DNA from: Peptococcaceae bacterium SCADC1_2_3
GTDB taxonomy: Bacteria; Bacillota; Desulfotomaculia; Desulfotomaculales; Nap2-2B
Length of the DNA stretch: 64,000 nt
Assembly: GCA_000681355.2 (NCBI GenBank)
Contig: JJNX02000003.1
Coordinates: 12,917 to 76,916, forward strand
Direction: 5' to 3'
Under the pieces are notes generated by a model. It was not told where the DNA came from, did not search any database, and saw nothing but the letters and a program-made list of their open reading frames with translations. Positions 10,298 to 17,881 of this stretch are shown here, piece by piece. How positions within the stretch are numbered: position 1 is the stretch's first letter; each line of letters opens with the position of its first letter. Both the position numbers and the translations under genes were made by a program.

Positions 10298-11493
10298 CGG
10301 AAAAATTTATTACCTTAGGAATTACAGGTGGAATTGCGGCCTATAAAGCCGCTGAATTAGCCAGCACTTTAACTCAGGCCGGAGCCGAAGTTCACGTAAT
10401 TATGACCCGGGCGGCCCAAAAATTTATCAGGCCCATAACTTTTCAAGCCCTAACCGGTCAACCGGTCCATACCGCTATGTTTACCCGGTTGACTGGTTGG
10501 CGGGTGGCTCATGTTGATCTGGCTACGCGCTCTGATTTAATCGTTATAGTTCCGGCTACGGCTAATATTTTGGGTAAGTTGGCTCACGGTATTGCCGATG
10601 ATTTATTAAGCACTACTCTTTTAGCGGCCACTTGTCTTGTTTTGCTTTGTCCGGCCATGAATACCGGTATGTACCAAAACCCCATTGTACAGGCAAACAT
10701 AAACCGCTTAAAGGAATTGGGCTATTGTATTATAGAACCGGCTACCGGTTGGTTGGCGTGCGGGCAGGAAGGTCCCGGCAGGTTACCCGCGTTAGATTTA
10801 ATTTTTAATCAAATTAAAGATTTGTTGATAAAAATAAGCGACTGGCAAGGACTAACAGTTATGGTTACGGCCGGGGGAACAAAGGAGCCCCTTGATCCTA
10901 TCCGGCATATTTCCAATCGCAGTTCGGGGAAAATGGGCTACGCTCTAGCCCGGGCTGCTCTTAAACGGGGAGCCCAGGTGATTTTAATTTCCGCTCCTAC
11001 AGGCATGTCCCCCCCGGCAGGCGCAAAGGTAATTTGGGTCGAAAGGGCCAGGGAGATGTATGAGCAGGTTTTAACCCATGCCTCAAAGGCCGACGTAGTA
11101 TTTAAAGCAGCCGCAGTAGCCGATTATTCCCCCCGGTTTACGGCGAACCAAAAGATAAAGAAAAAGGATGAGGTATATCTGCTGGAACTAGAAAAAACCC
11201 CGGATATCCTGTTTGAATTAGGCCAACGTAAACAACCCCACCAAATTCTGGTTGGCTTTGCGGCCGAAACAGAAAATTTAGAGGAAAATGCCCGGCGTAA
11301 ACTGGCCCAAAAAAACTTAGATTTAATTGTGGCTAACGACGTTACTCAGCCCGGGTCAGAATTTGGCCAGGACACAAATATAGTTAAAATAATTTACCCT
11401 GACGGGAAGATTATCTCTTTGCCTCAAATGGAAAAAACAGTCTTAGCCCACCATATTCTTGATTTGGTGTTGCCTTTACGGCTTAAAAAGTAA
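10291..11493 (+). CDS. coaBC: Bifunctional phosphopantothenoylcysteine decarboxylase / phosphopantothenate-cysteine ligase
   Basis: 400 aa. Flavoprotein N-domain (GITGGIAAYKA, PAMN) and CoaB domain (ISNRSSGKMG). Confidence 0.9.
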   Translation: MLTEKFITLGITGGIAAYKAAELASTLTQAGAEVHVIMTRAAQKFIRPITFQALTGQPVHTAMFTRLTGWRVAHVDLATRSDLIVIVPATANILGKLAHGIADDLLSTTLLAATCLVLLCPAMNTGMYQNPIVQANINRLKELGYCIIEPATGWLACGQEGPGRLPALDLIFNQIKDLLIKISDWQGLTVMVTAGGTKEPLDPIRHISNRSSGKMGYALARAALKRGAQVILISAPTGMSPPAGAKVIWVERAREMYEQVLTHASKADVVFKAAAVADYSPRFTANQKIKKKDEVYLLELEKTPDILFELGQRKQPHQILVGFAAETENLEENARRKLAQKNLDLIVANDVTQPGSEFGQDTNIVKIIYPDGKIISLPQMEKTVLAHHILDLVLPLRLKK

Positions 11494-11615
11494 AACCCCA
11501 AAAGATTACCCGGCACCCCTTCCTTTTCAAAGCATAAGCAGGTCTTACTTTTCCCGCATATAATAAATAAATTCGAGGTTAATCTCCTACTTTAAAAACT
11601 AAAGCAGGTGAGAGC

Positions 11616-11705
11616 ATGGCCAAAAGGATGCCGGTTAGTCTTTATTTTGGTATAGCTTTATTGGGTCTAGGAGGGATTATCTTAATTTTTGCCGTATTGT
11701 TTTAA
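11616..11705 (+). CDS. Possible 29-aa hydrophobic peptide (MAKRMPVSLYFGIALLGLGGIILIFAVLF)
   Basis: ATG preceded by AGGTGA. Single TM-like segment. Below the ORF-track size cutoff. No homology evidence. Confidence 0.2.
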   Translation: MAKRMPVSLYFGIALLGLGGIILIFAVLF

Positions 11706-11791
11706 GAGCCAAAGCTTACTCCTGCCATTCCCCCGGTAATGCCGGCTACCAAAGCCAGGACAAGCTTTAATCTTCTGTTGTCCGAAGACAT
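11702..11791 (-). pseudogene. 3'-terminal remnant or paralogous stub of the TIGR04086-like membrane protein gene (DR-A copy 1)
   Basis: 11702-11770 is about 88 percent identical to 17882-17950. It encodes ...KLVLALVAGITGGMAGVSFGS* versus ...KLVLALAAGITGGMAGISLSS* in the intact gene. Confidence 0.6.
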
Positions 11792-11898
11792 TTTTTAGTC
11801 GGGTTAATTTATTGTTGTTTTTTTCATGATTATGGTGTTTAATTTTTAGGATAGGATATTTTCAGGGCGGAAATTTATTGGATTTTTGTCTTGGAATC

Positions 11899-11928
11899 TT
11901 GACATGCATTTATTATGTTCACTAAAAT
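11899..11928 (+). promoter_or_regulatory. Candidate sigma-A promoter (TTGACA-N18-TAAAAT)
   Basis: Consensus -35 at 11899-11904 and TAAAAT at 11923-11928, in a very AT-rich tract upstream of the 12010-12587 genes. Confidence 0.35.
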
Positions 11929-12009
11929 TAGGGAAAAGAAAAGGTTAAGTGGGAGTAAATTTACTAAATATTTACTAATTATAAAATAATTATAGAAAAA
12001 GAAGTTAAC

Positions 12010-12084
12010 GTGAAAAAAGTTAAAAATATACCAAAGTTTGATAGGCCCCGTGAAAGGATGGAACAAAGAGGAGGTATTGGCTAA
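12010..12084 (+). pseudogene. RadC-like N-terminal stub (24 codons)
   Basis: VKKVKNIPKFDRPRERMEQRGGIG* resembles the RadC N-terminal motif (P..(D/E)RPRERL...G). The stop overlaps the ATG of the next ORF (TAATG). Confidence 0.35.
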
Positions 12085-12512
12085 TGCTTGAAAAAGAACA
12101 AAAAGAAAGATTTTTTATTGAGGAGTTAAAAATTATTCAGGATATTATCAAACGGATGGCTTTTGATTCTTTTATGATTAAAGGATGGGCTATTACCCTG
12201 GTGATCATTACTCTTCTTTTAAAAGGTGGTAGTTTTCAGGTCTTTATTTCCTTTATTCCTCTTCTGGTTTTCTGGTACCTTGACGCTTATTTTCTCTGGC
12301 AGGAAAGAATGTATAGAGAGTTGTATAACTGGGTTGTAAAAAACAGGCTCAAAACAGAAGACTTTCTCTTTGACCTGAATGCTTACAGATTTAAAGACAA
12401 AGTGCAGGGAAAGCTAAGGATAATGTTTTCTATTACCCTGGGGTGGTTTTATGGGTCCATAGCAGTGTTAATATTGGTATATGCCTTTTTTATTTTAAAA
12501 TGGGGGATTTAG
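12084..12512 (+). CDS. Small membrane protein, about 3 TM, unknown function (SLATT-like architecture is only an impression)
   Basis: 142 aa. N-terminal amphipathic helix followed by hydrophobic segments (GWAITLVIITLLL, VFISFIPLLVFWYL, MFSITLGWFYGSIAVLILVYAFFIL). Very AT-rich compared with its neighbours. Confidence 0.55.
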   Translation: MLEKEQKERFFIEELKIIQDIIKRMAFDSFMIKGWAITLVIITLLLKGGSFQVFISFIPLLVFWYLDAYFLWQERMYRELYNWVVKNRLKTEDFLFDLNAYRFKDKVQGKLRIMFSITLGWFYGSIAVLILVYAFFILKWGI

Positions 12513-12587
12513 ATGGCAAAAAGGGTATTCTTTAGTTTTCATTATGAAAGGGACATTTGGCGTGCGCAGGAAAAAGTTCCGGAATAA
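12513..12587 (+). pseudogene. TIR-like (DUF1863/ThsB-type) N-terminal stub (24 codons)
   Basis: MAKRVFFSFHYERDIWRAQEKVPE* matches the (K/R)VF(I/F)SFHY..D..R signature of MTH538-type TIR-like proteins. The ATG directly abuts the upstream stop. Confidence 0.4.
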
Positions 12588-12609
12588 TCTAAAGTGGGCT
12601 TAAGATAAG

Positions 12610-14847
12610 ATGAAAACGGGTAAAGAAGAAAAGACAAAAGAAAAGAAAGAGGAAAATCTAAACGGGAATAAAGCGCAACCTTACGAACAGTTGGAACTCT
12701 TTGCGCCGGAGGAAAAAGCCGTCCGAAAAACTAAACCGGCAAAAGAGGACTCCGGCAAAAACCCTTCCACCGCCAAAGATGTTCAAGAAAAGACAAGGCA
12801 AAAAACAACCCTGGAAGAAAGAAAAAAGGCCCGGAAAGAAACTCTCCGCTGGATAAAAACTTTAAACGCGCAACTTGACGAAGTAATCAAGCAATCCGGA
12901 AAAAGCTCCGAAGATATTCTTTTGGAAATACTAGGAGAAGCAATTTATGACCCGGCCCAACAAAAACAGCCTTTTAAACAGGTCGGCAAGAAAAACGTAG
13001 GCCCGGCCCCGACAATAAAGAAGGAGGCAATTCTTAAAGCTCAAGAAGAACTCGTCCCTAAAATGGAAAGTCAGGGGCAAAGGGAACAAAATCCCCAGGT
13101 TAAGGTAACTTTCTTTCCTGAAGAGGATGACCTTATATTAAACCTGGTCAAAAATGGCGCTGCTTCACCGGTTGCCGACCTTTACCTTCACCGGCAGGCA
13201 CTGGGCCTGCTTCTTTCGCCGGGTTTTGAGGTGCTGCTATCGGTTAAGGCTGCCCGGAACATTCAGTTGCTGGACTACCAGTTGGCTACGGTACACCACG
13301 TTTTAAAACATTTACGGGGGCGGGCGCTTTTATGCGATGAAGTGGGCCTGGGAAAGACCATCGAAGCAGGTCTGATTATGATGGAATACCTCCTGCGGGG
13401 CCTAGTCCGGCGCGTGCTGGTCCTTACCCCACCTTCCCTGGTGGAGCAGTGGCGTTTAGAAATGCAAACCAAGTTTAATCTTGATTTTGTTCCCTATGAT
13501 GCCCCTCTTTTCAAATCAACCCCCTGTCCCTGGGTAAATTTCCCTTATATTATTGCTTCCCTGGATACGGCCAAAAGGGAACCGCATCGGAACATGGTGC
13601 TGGAGCAGGTTTATGATTTGGTAATCGTTGACGAGGCCCACCACCTGAAAAAGCAAAAAACCCAGGCTTACCAGTTGGTAAGCCAGCTCAAAAAGAAATA
13701 CATGCTTTTGCTTACCGCCACTCCCGTAGAAAACGACTTGGAAGAATTGTTTAACCTGATTACTTTGCTCCAACCCGGCCAACTGGAAACCGCTTCTTCT
13801 TTTAAGCGTAAATATATCACTAGGGGGGATACATTAAAGCCAAAAAATACCGAAGAGTTAAAAAAACTGGTTCGGGAAGTAATGGTGCGAAACAGGCGGA
13901 GCGAAACGGGCGTAATTACGGCCAAACGCCACGCCGAGGTGGTGGAGGTAGCCTTTTCCCCGGAAGAAGCTGCTTTTTACCAACGGCTAACTTCTTTTGT
14001 ACGCGGCCATTACACCCAGGAAACAAGAAAAATTTCCGGGGGGGTAAACCAGTTTGTTTTAAAAATACTGCAGCGGGAAGTGGGCAGCAGTATTGAAGCA
14101 GTTCTGCCTACCCTGGAAAAAATGGCCCTTGGCGAAAATCACCCCTTATCTTTAAGGCGCGTTTTTCATGGTCTGGCCGAGCAGGCAAAAAGGGTGCCCT
14201 GCCGGGCCAAGGCCGAAGTGCTCGTACGCCTGCTGAAAAAGATCCCTGCAAAAGTGGTGGTATTTACCTGTTTTATGGAAACCATGAATTTTTTAGCCGC
14301 CCTTTTAGAAAAAGAAGGGTTTAGGGTAGCCAGGTTGGCCGGGGGGATGCGGCGGGCCGAAAAGGAAGCGCAAGTGCTTGCCTTTGCCGGCAAAGCCCAG
14401 GTACTGGTCTCCACCGAAACGGGGAGTGAAGGGCGTAACCTGCAGTTTTGCAACGTTATCATTAACTTTGATCTGCCCTGGAATCCCATGCGCATTGAAC
14501 AGCGCATTGGCCGTCTTCACCGCCTGGGGCAAACTAGGGATGTTTACATTTACAATTTATCGGCGGCCGAGACAGTGGAAGCCCATATTTTGGAATTACT
14601 GGACGCGAAGATTAACATGTTTCAGTTGGTGGTGGGGGAATTGGACATGATTTTAGGCAACTTGCAGGAAAAAAGGGATTTTGAGGACATAATCATGGAT
14701 ATTTGGGCCAGGGCAGCCGATGAAGCAAGCTTACATGCCGGGCTGGAGGATTTAGGCGAGAGGCTATCGGCCGTCAAAAAGCAATACTTGGCGGTAAAGG
14801 AAATTGATGAGCAGCTGTTGGGAGAATTATTGCCGGTAAAAGATTAA
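12610..14847 (+). CDS. SNF2-family (RapA/HepA-like) helicase/translocase with a long K/E-rich N-terminal extension
   Basis: 745 aa. Motif I LLCDEVGLGKTIEAG, motif II DEAHHLK, motif III LLLTATPVENDLEELFNL. C-terminal lobe GSEGRNLQ...DLPWNPMRIEQRIGRLHRLGQTRDVYIYNL. The first roughly 230 aa are low complexity. Confidence 0.85.
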   Translation: MKTGKEEKTKEKKEENLNGNKAQPYEQLELFAPEEKAVRKTKPAKEDSGKNPSTAKDVQEKTRQKTTLEERKKARKETLRWIKTLNAQLDEVIKQSGKSSEDILLEILGEAIYDPAQQKQPFKQVGKKNVGPAPTIKKEAILKAQEELVPKMESQGQREQNPQVKVTFFPEEDDLILNLVKNGAASPVADLYLHRQALGLLLSPGFEVLLSVKAARNIQLLDYQLATVHHVLKHLRGRALLCDEVGLGKTIEAGLIMMEYLLRGLVRRVLVLTPPSLVEQWRLEMQTKFNLDFVPYDAPLFKSTPCPWVNFPYIIASLDTAKREPHRNMVLEQVYDLVIVDEAHHLKKQKTQAYQLVSQLKKKYMLLLTATPVENDLEELFNLITLLQPGQLETASSFKRKYITRGDTLKPKNTEELKKLVREVMVRNRRSETGVITAKRHAEVVEVAFSPEEAAFYQRLTSFVRGHYTQETRKISGGVNQFVLKILQREVGSSIEAVLPTLEKMALGENHPLSLRRVFHGLAEQAKRVPCRAKAEVLVRLLKKIPAKVVVFTCFMETMNFLAALLEKEGFRVARLAGGMRRAEKEAQVLAFAGKAQVLVSTETGSEGRNLQFCNVIINFDLPWNPMRIEQRIGRLHRLGQTRDVYIYNLSAAETVEAHILELLDAKINMFQLVVGELDMILGNLQEKRDFEDIIMDIWARAADEASLHAGLEDLGERLSAVKKQYLAVKEIDEQLLGELLPVKD

Positions 14848-14933
14848 CTTTAAACCCTCCTTTAGGGTTTAAGCGAATTGACTTGCGGTACAAAAGACTT
14901 CGGCGAAAATTATGGTTAGAGGAGGAAAAGTTT

Positions 14934-15986
14934 ATGTTGCCGATCGAAAAAGTTAACCCCCGTTCCTTTATTACTGCTTATCTTGAACGGACCGGGGCTG
15001 TTTTAGGGGAAGCCGGTTATGAACTGCTGGAAGCGCTTTTACCTGAAGGACTGCCTTCTTTTAAAGACCAGGAGGAGCTTTTGCTGGCTTTTGACTATGA
15101 GGTGGCTCAGGAAAACCCAGAGGCAATCTTTGTTACTTACGGCAGCCTTTTTTTAGATAGGCTGGCGGAGCTGGCCACGGGCTATGGACGCTACACCGTC
15201 CTTTATGGCCCGGAGGGAAGTGTTAAACAGACAGAGTGGTTAGAGCAAGAGATTTTAAAAGAAATTGAGTTCAGGCATTGCCGCCTCCCAAAGGTTATCC
15301 ACAAGTGGCTAGAGGGGCATACCTTAAGGGGCTTTTACTTCCGGGCCGTATTTTCTTCATACGAAAAAACAGAGGAATTATTGGAAATTGTGGTGGATGG
15401 GTACACCGGCCTGGTAGTTCCTGATTTTACTGTCTGGTGGGGAAAGGTGATGGCAGTAGAAGAACCTTTCTGGCAGTTGCCCCGGGCAAAAAGTATTTCC
15501 CCGGGCAAATTATACCAGGCTGCCTGCCGGGAAGCAGAAAAGCAGGCCAAAGAGCGGGCATTAGTCTTTCAGTACCAGTCAAAAGAGCGGCTAAAAAAGG
15601 AATTGGACAAAGTATCCGGGTATTATATCCAGATGAGCCGGGAAATTAAAAATAAGCTTAAAGCAACCGAAGAAAAAGACAAAAGGGATCGCCTGGCAAA
15701 AAAGCTGGCGGCCGTAGAAGAAGAACGTCAGCGCCGGGAAAAGGATGCCCTTGAGCGCTACGCCATAGAAGTTGCATTGCACCTGGACCATATTGTGGAC
15801 TACCGCCTGCCCCGCCTGCACGTTAAGCTGGAAATACAACATAAAAAGCAGCTATTAAATACAACTGTCTTATACAACCTGTTGGCCCACCGCCTGGAAG
15901 CACCTGTTTGCCCCCTTTGCGGCCACCCTTCCCAATGCTTACTTCCGGACGATCAGGAAAACCGGTTTATCTGCCCCCGCCATTGA
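14934..15986 (+). CDS. Uncharacterized partner of the SNF2 helicase: coiled coil plus C-terminal zinc-ribbon-like motif (possibly YqhG-like)
   Basis: ATG at 14934 lies 7 nt after GGAGGAGG. The protein is 350 aa with a central K/E/R-rich coiled coil and the C-terminus CPLCGHPSQCLLPDDQENRFICPRH. From memory, the segment VTYGSLFLDRLAELATGYGRYTVLY resembles B. subtilis YqhG. Confidence 0.6.
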   Translation: MLPIEKVNPRSFITAYLERTGAVLGEAGYELLEALLPEGLPSFKDQEELLLAFDYEVAQENPEAIFVTYGSLFLDRLAELATGYGRYTVLYGPEGSVKQTEWLEQEILKEIEFRHCRLPKVIHKWLEGHTLRGFYFRAVFSSYEKTEELLEIVVDGYTGLVVPDFTVWWGKVMAVEEPFWQLPRAKSISPGKLYQAACREAEKQAKERALVFQYQSKERLKKELDKVSGYYIQMSREIKNKLKATEEKDKRDRLAKKLAAVEEERQRREKDALERYAIEVALHLDHIVDYRLPRLHVKLEIQHKKQLLNTTVLYNLLAHRLEAPVCPLCGHPSQCLLPDDQENRFICPRH

Positions 15987-16004
15987 AGTAAAATCAAAGA
16001 AAAA
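15866..16004. repeat. Direct repeat DR-B copy 1 (last 121 nt of the partner CDS plus 18 nt)
   Basis: Near-identical to 17724-17862 (two differences seen, including one extra C in copy 2). Confidence 0.9.
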
Positions 16005-16049
16005 ATCACTCCGGGAGCGGTCATCTTTTGTTTTCTCGGTTCTCAATGC

Positions 16050-16286
16050 TCATAACCACGGGGATATTGCTCTTCCTGGATGCCCGGACAGCATTAATTT
16101 GTTGTTCAAGGGGAAGGCCTCAATTTTAGCTTCGTCGTCTATTAAATCTTGTCGGTTAGTCATTCTGTGGCACATTATATACCGTTTAATCCAGTCACAG
16201 TATGTTCGCTCCGTATGTATCGAATAGTGACGAAGCCGCATTACATCCTGTATTTCATCAAGCAGTTTTCTGTTCTTAGGGTGTTT
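16050..16286 (-). pseudogene. intI: Integron-integrase (IntI) N-terminal fragment
   Basis: KNRKLLDEIQDVMRLRHYSIHTERTYCDWIKRYIMCHRMTNRQDLIDDEAKIEAF aligns by eye with IntI1 [48 protein letters not shown]. There is no catalytic domain and an in-frame stop lies upstream. Confidence 0.6.
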
Positions 16287-16293
16287 TTAGGTG

Positions 16294-16323
16294 TTGACAT
16301 TTGGCGCTCCTACCTGTTAGCAT
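16294..16323 (+). promoter_or_regulatory. Candidate cassette (Pc-like) promoter TTGACA-N18-TAGCAT
   Basis: Consensus -35 at 16294-16299 at the intI-proximal end, oriented toward the cassettes. Confidence 0.3.
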
Positions 16324-16397
16324 ATTAACAAAATTGAAGATAATACGGCAAGGCAAATTTGCCTGTCAATCAATGGTTGGCTGAAGTGAGATAGAAA

Positions 16398-16655
16398 ATG
16401 AAAAAGACTAATCCACGATTAAAGCGCGCATTCTTGGACATAGTTGACAAGCAGCTTGAAGCTAATGATCCTCCGCAAACGCGGGAGACGTTCGAGCGAC
16501 TCAAGGCAGAGGGCATCTCACAATCAGATGCGAAGATTTACATCGCTCAGGCGGTGTGTCTTGAGGTGTGGGATATCCTGAGAAACAAGAGGGAATTCAA
16601 TGTGAAACGGTATCTTCGCAACCTGAAGAACCTTCCTCAGGAACCCGAAGAATAA
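16398..16655 (+). CDS. Cassette ORF 1, small hypothetical protein (DUF1841-like impression)
   Basis: 85-aa ORF with an upstream purine-rich RBS, followed at once by an attC-like site. Confidence 0.45.
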   Translation: MKKTNPRLKRAFLDIVDKQLEANDPPQTRETFERLKAEGISQSDAKIYIAQAVCLEVWDILRNKREFNVKRYLRNLKNLPQEPEE

Positions 16656-16658
16656 AGC

Positions 16659-16718
16659 AGCTAATCAAGGGTTCCAGCGTACGCCGCTATGCAGCGCCGC
16701 TGAACCCGAACGTTAGGC
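16659..16718 (+). other. attC-like recombination site 1
   Basis: Imperfect palindrome gctaatcaagggttccagcg...cgctgaacccgaacGTTAGGC, about 60 bp, ending in the GTTRRRY core. Confidence 0.45.
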
Positions 16719-16732
16719 GGAAGGAATGCTGA

Positions 16733-16975
16733 ATGAAATTCACCCAATATTTTCTTGCTATCAGAAAACGACCTGACCGTGCTAAAATAAAAGATGAATG
16801 GATCGAAGATACTATCAGAAACCCAATATATTCTGAGATTCAGACGGACGGAAGAATGAGAATATGGAAAAGAATCGAAGAAGAAGGCAAATTTTTACGA
16901 GTTATTTTGCTTCCTGACGGGGAAACCGTTCATAATGCTTTCTTCGACAGAAGCTTTAAAGGAGAAAAACGATGA
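16733..16975 (+). CDS. Putative toxin of a DUF4258/DUF2283-type pair
   Basis: 80 aa with a 4-nt ATGA overlap with the next ORF. The C-terminal LRVILLPDGETVHNAFFDR resembles DUF4258-type proteins (from memory). Confidence 0.45.
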   Translation: MKFTQYFLAIRKRPDRAKIKDEWIEDTIRNPIYSEIQTDGRMRIWKRIEEEGKFLRVILLPDGETVHNAFFDRSFKGEKR

Positions 16976-17214
16976 AAATTAGATATTTTTCCGACACAGA
17001 TACCGCACTGGTTGAATTTTCTGAGAGAGAAGTCTTTGAGACCAGAGAAATTAATGAGAATATCTATATTGACTTGGATGCCTCCGGCAATTTAGTGGCT
17101 ATGACAATTGAACATGCCCGTCAACAAGCGAGCCTTCCCTACTTATCCTACGAACAGATAGATGAAGAGTCGCCTAACAAATCGCTGCAGCGGACCGCCT
17201 CCGGCGGCTGCTGA
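16972..17214 (+). CDS. DUF2283 family protein (putative antitoxin)
   Basis: MKIRYFSDTDTALVEFSEREV...IDLDASGNLVAMTIEHA matches the DUF2283 pattern (YD.E.D.LYI......D.D..G.lvGIEI). Confidence 0.6.
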   Translation: MKIRYFSDTDTALVEFSEREVFETREINENIYIDLDASGNLVAMTIEHARQQASLPYLSYEQIDEESPNKSLQRTASGGC

Positions 17215-17229
17215 ATTCCAACGTTAGCC
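17172..17229 (+). other. attC-like recombination site 2
   Basis: GCCTAAC (17172-17178) ... GTTAGCC (17223-17229) inverse core sites flank an imperfect palindrome of about 58 bp that overlaps the cassette stop codon. Confidence 0.55.
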
Positions 17230-17242
17230 CAAAGGGGAGACA

Positions 17243-17614
17243 ATGAGCGAAACCGTTTTTAAGCAAGTCAATTACGACCTGAATGCGCTGATCAAGTATA
17301 TCGAACTGGGTGAGATCGGCCTGCCCGATATTCAGCGCCCGTTTGTCTGGAAAAACGCCAAAGTGCGGGATTTGTTCGACTCCATGTACCGGGGTTATCC
17401 GGTGGGGTACTTGCTGTTCTGGCAAAACGAGTTTTTCGATGATACTCACGTTATCGGCACGGATACTAAACAAAAAACCCCGCGCCTGTTAATCGTGGAC
17501 GGCCAGCAACGGCTAACGTCCCTCTACGCTGTTTTGAAAAAGATTGAGGTCGTCCGCGAAAACTATGGCCGCGAACTGATTAATATTGCATTTAATCCGC
17601 AGCTGATAAATTAA
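17243..17614 (+). pseudogene. DUF262 (GmrSD/ParB-like nuclease N-terminal domain) fragment
   Basis: LPDIQRPFVWKNAKVRDLFDSMYRGYPVGYLLFW and DGQQRLTSL motifs. Only 123 aa, whereas full-length family members are several hundred aa. Confidence 0.65.
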
Positions 17615-17723
17615 AAAGGCTGGCATTGATGCTCAAACAGCTTTTTTAATAGCATTAGACGCAGGAAGAAATTTAGTTGATATGGGTAAAAGATATTAAA
17701 TGATCCCCCTGTAAAAACTCCTT

Positions 17724-17862
17724 TGTCTTATACAACCTGTTGGCCCACCGCCTGGAAGCGCCTGTTTGCCCCCCTTTGCGGCCACCCTTCCAAATGCTTA
17801 CTTCCGGACGATCAGGAAAACCGGTTTATCTGCCCCCGCCATTGAAGTAAAATCAAAGAAAA
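17724..17862. repeat. Direct repeat DR-B copy 2 (frameshifted copy of the 3' end of the SNF2-partner gene)
   Basis: Near-identical to 15866-16004, with gcccccctttgcgg instead of gccccctttgcgg and caaatgc instead of ccaatgc. Confidence 0.9.
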
Positions 17863-17881
17863 GGCAACCTTTTAATAACTT

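Larger units (their letters stand above)
16050..17614. mobile_element. Degenerate integron: intI stub, Pc-like promoter, three cassettes with attC-like sites
   Basis: Divergent intI remnant and plus-strand cassette ORFs separated by attC-like imperfect palindromes ending in GTTAGGC / GTTAGCC. GC and codon usage are visibly different from the flanks. Confidence 0.55.

Noticed and set aside
16310-16325. attI core site at GTTAGCA between the intI stub and the first cassette
   Set aside because: The heptamer does not fit GTTRRRY (C at the sixth position), and no flanking integrase-binding repeats were recognisable by eye.
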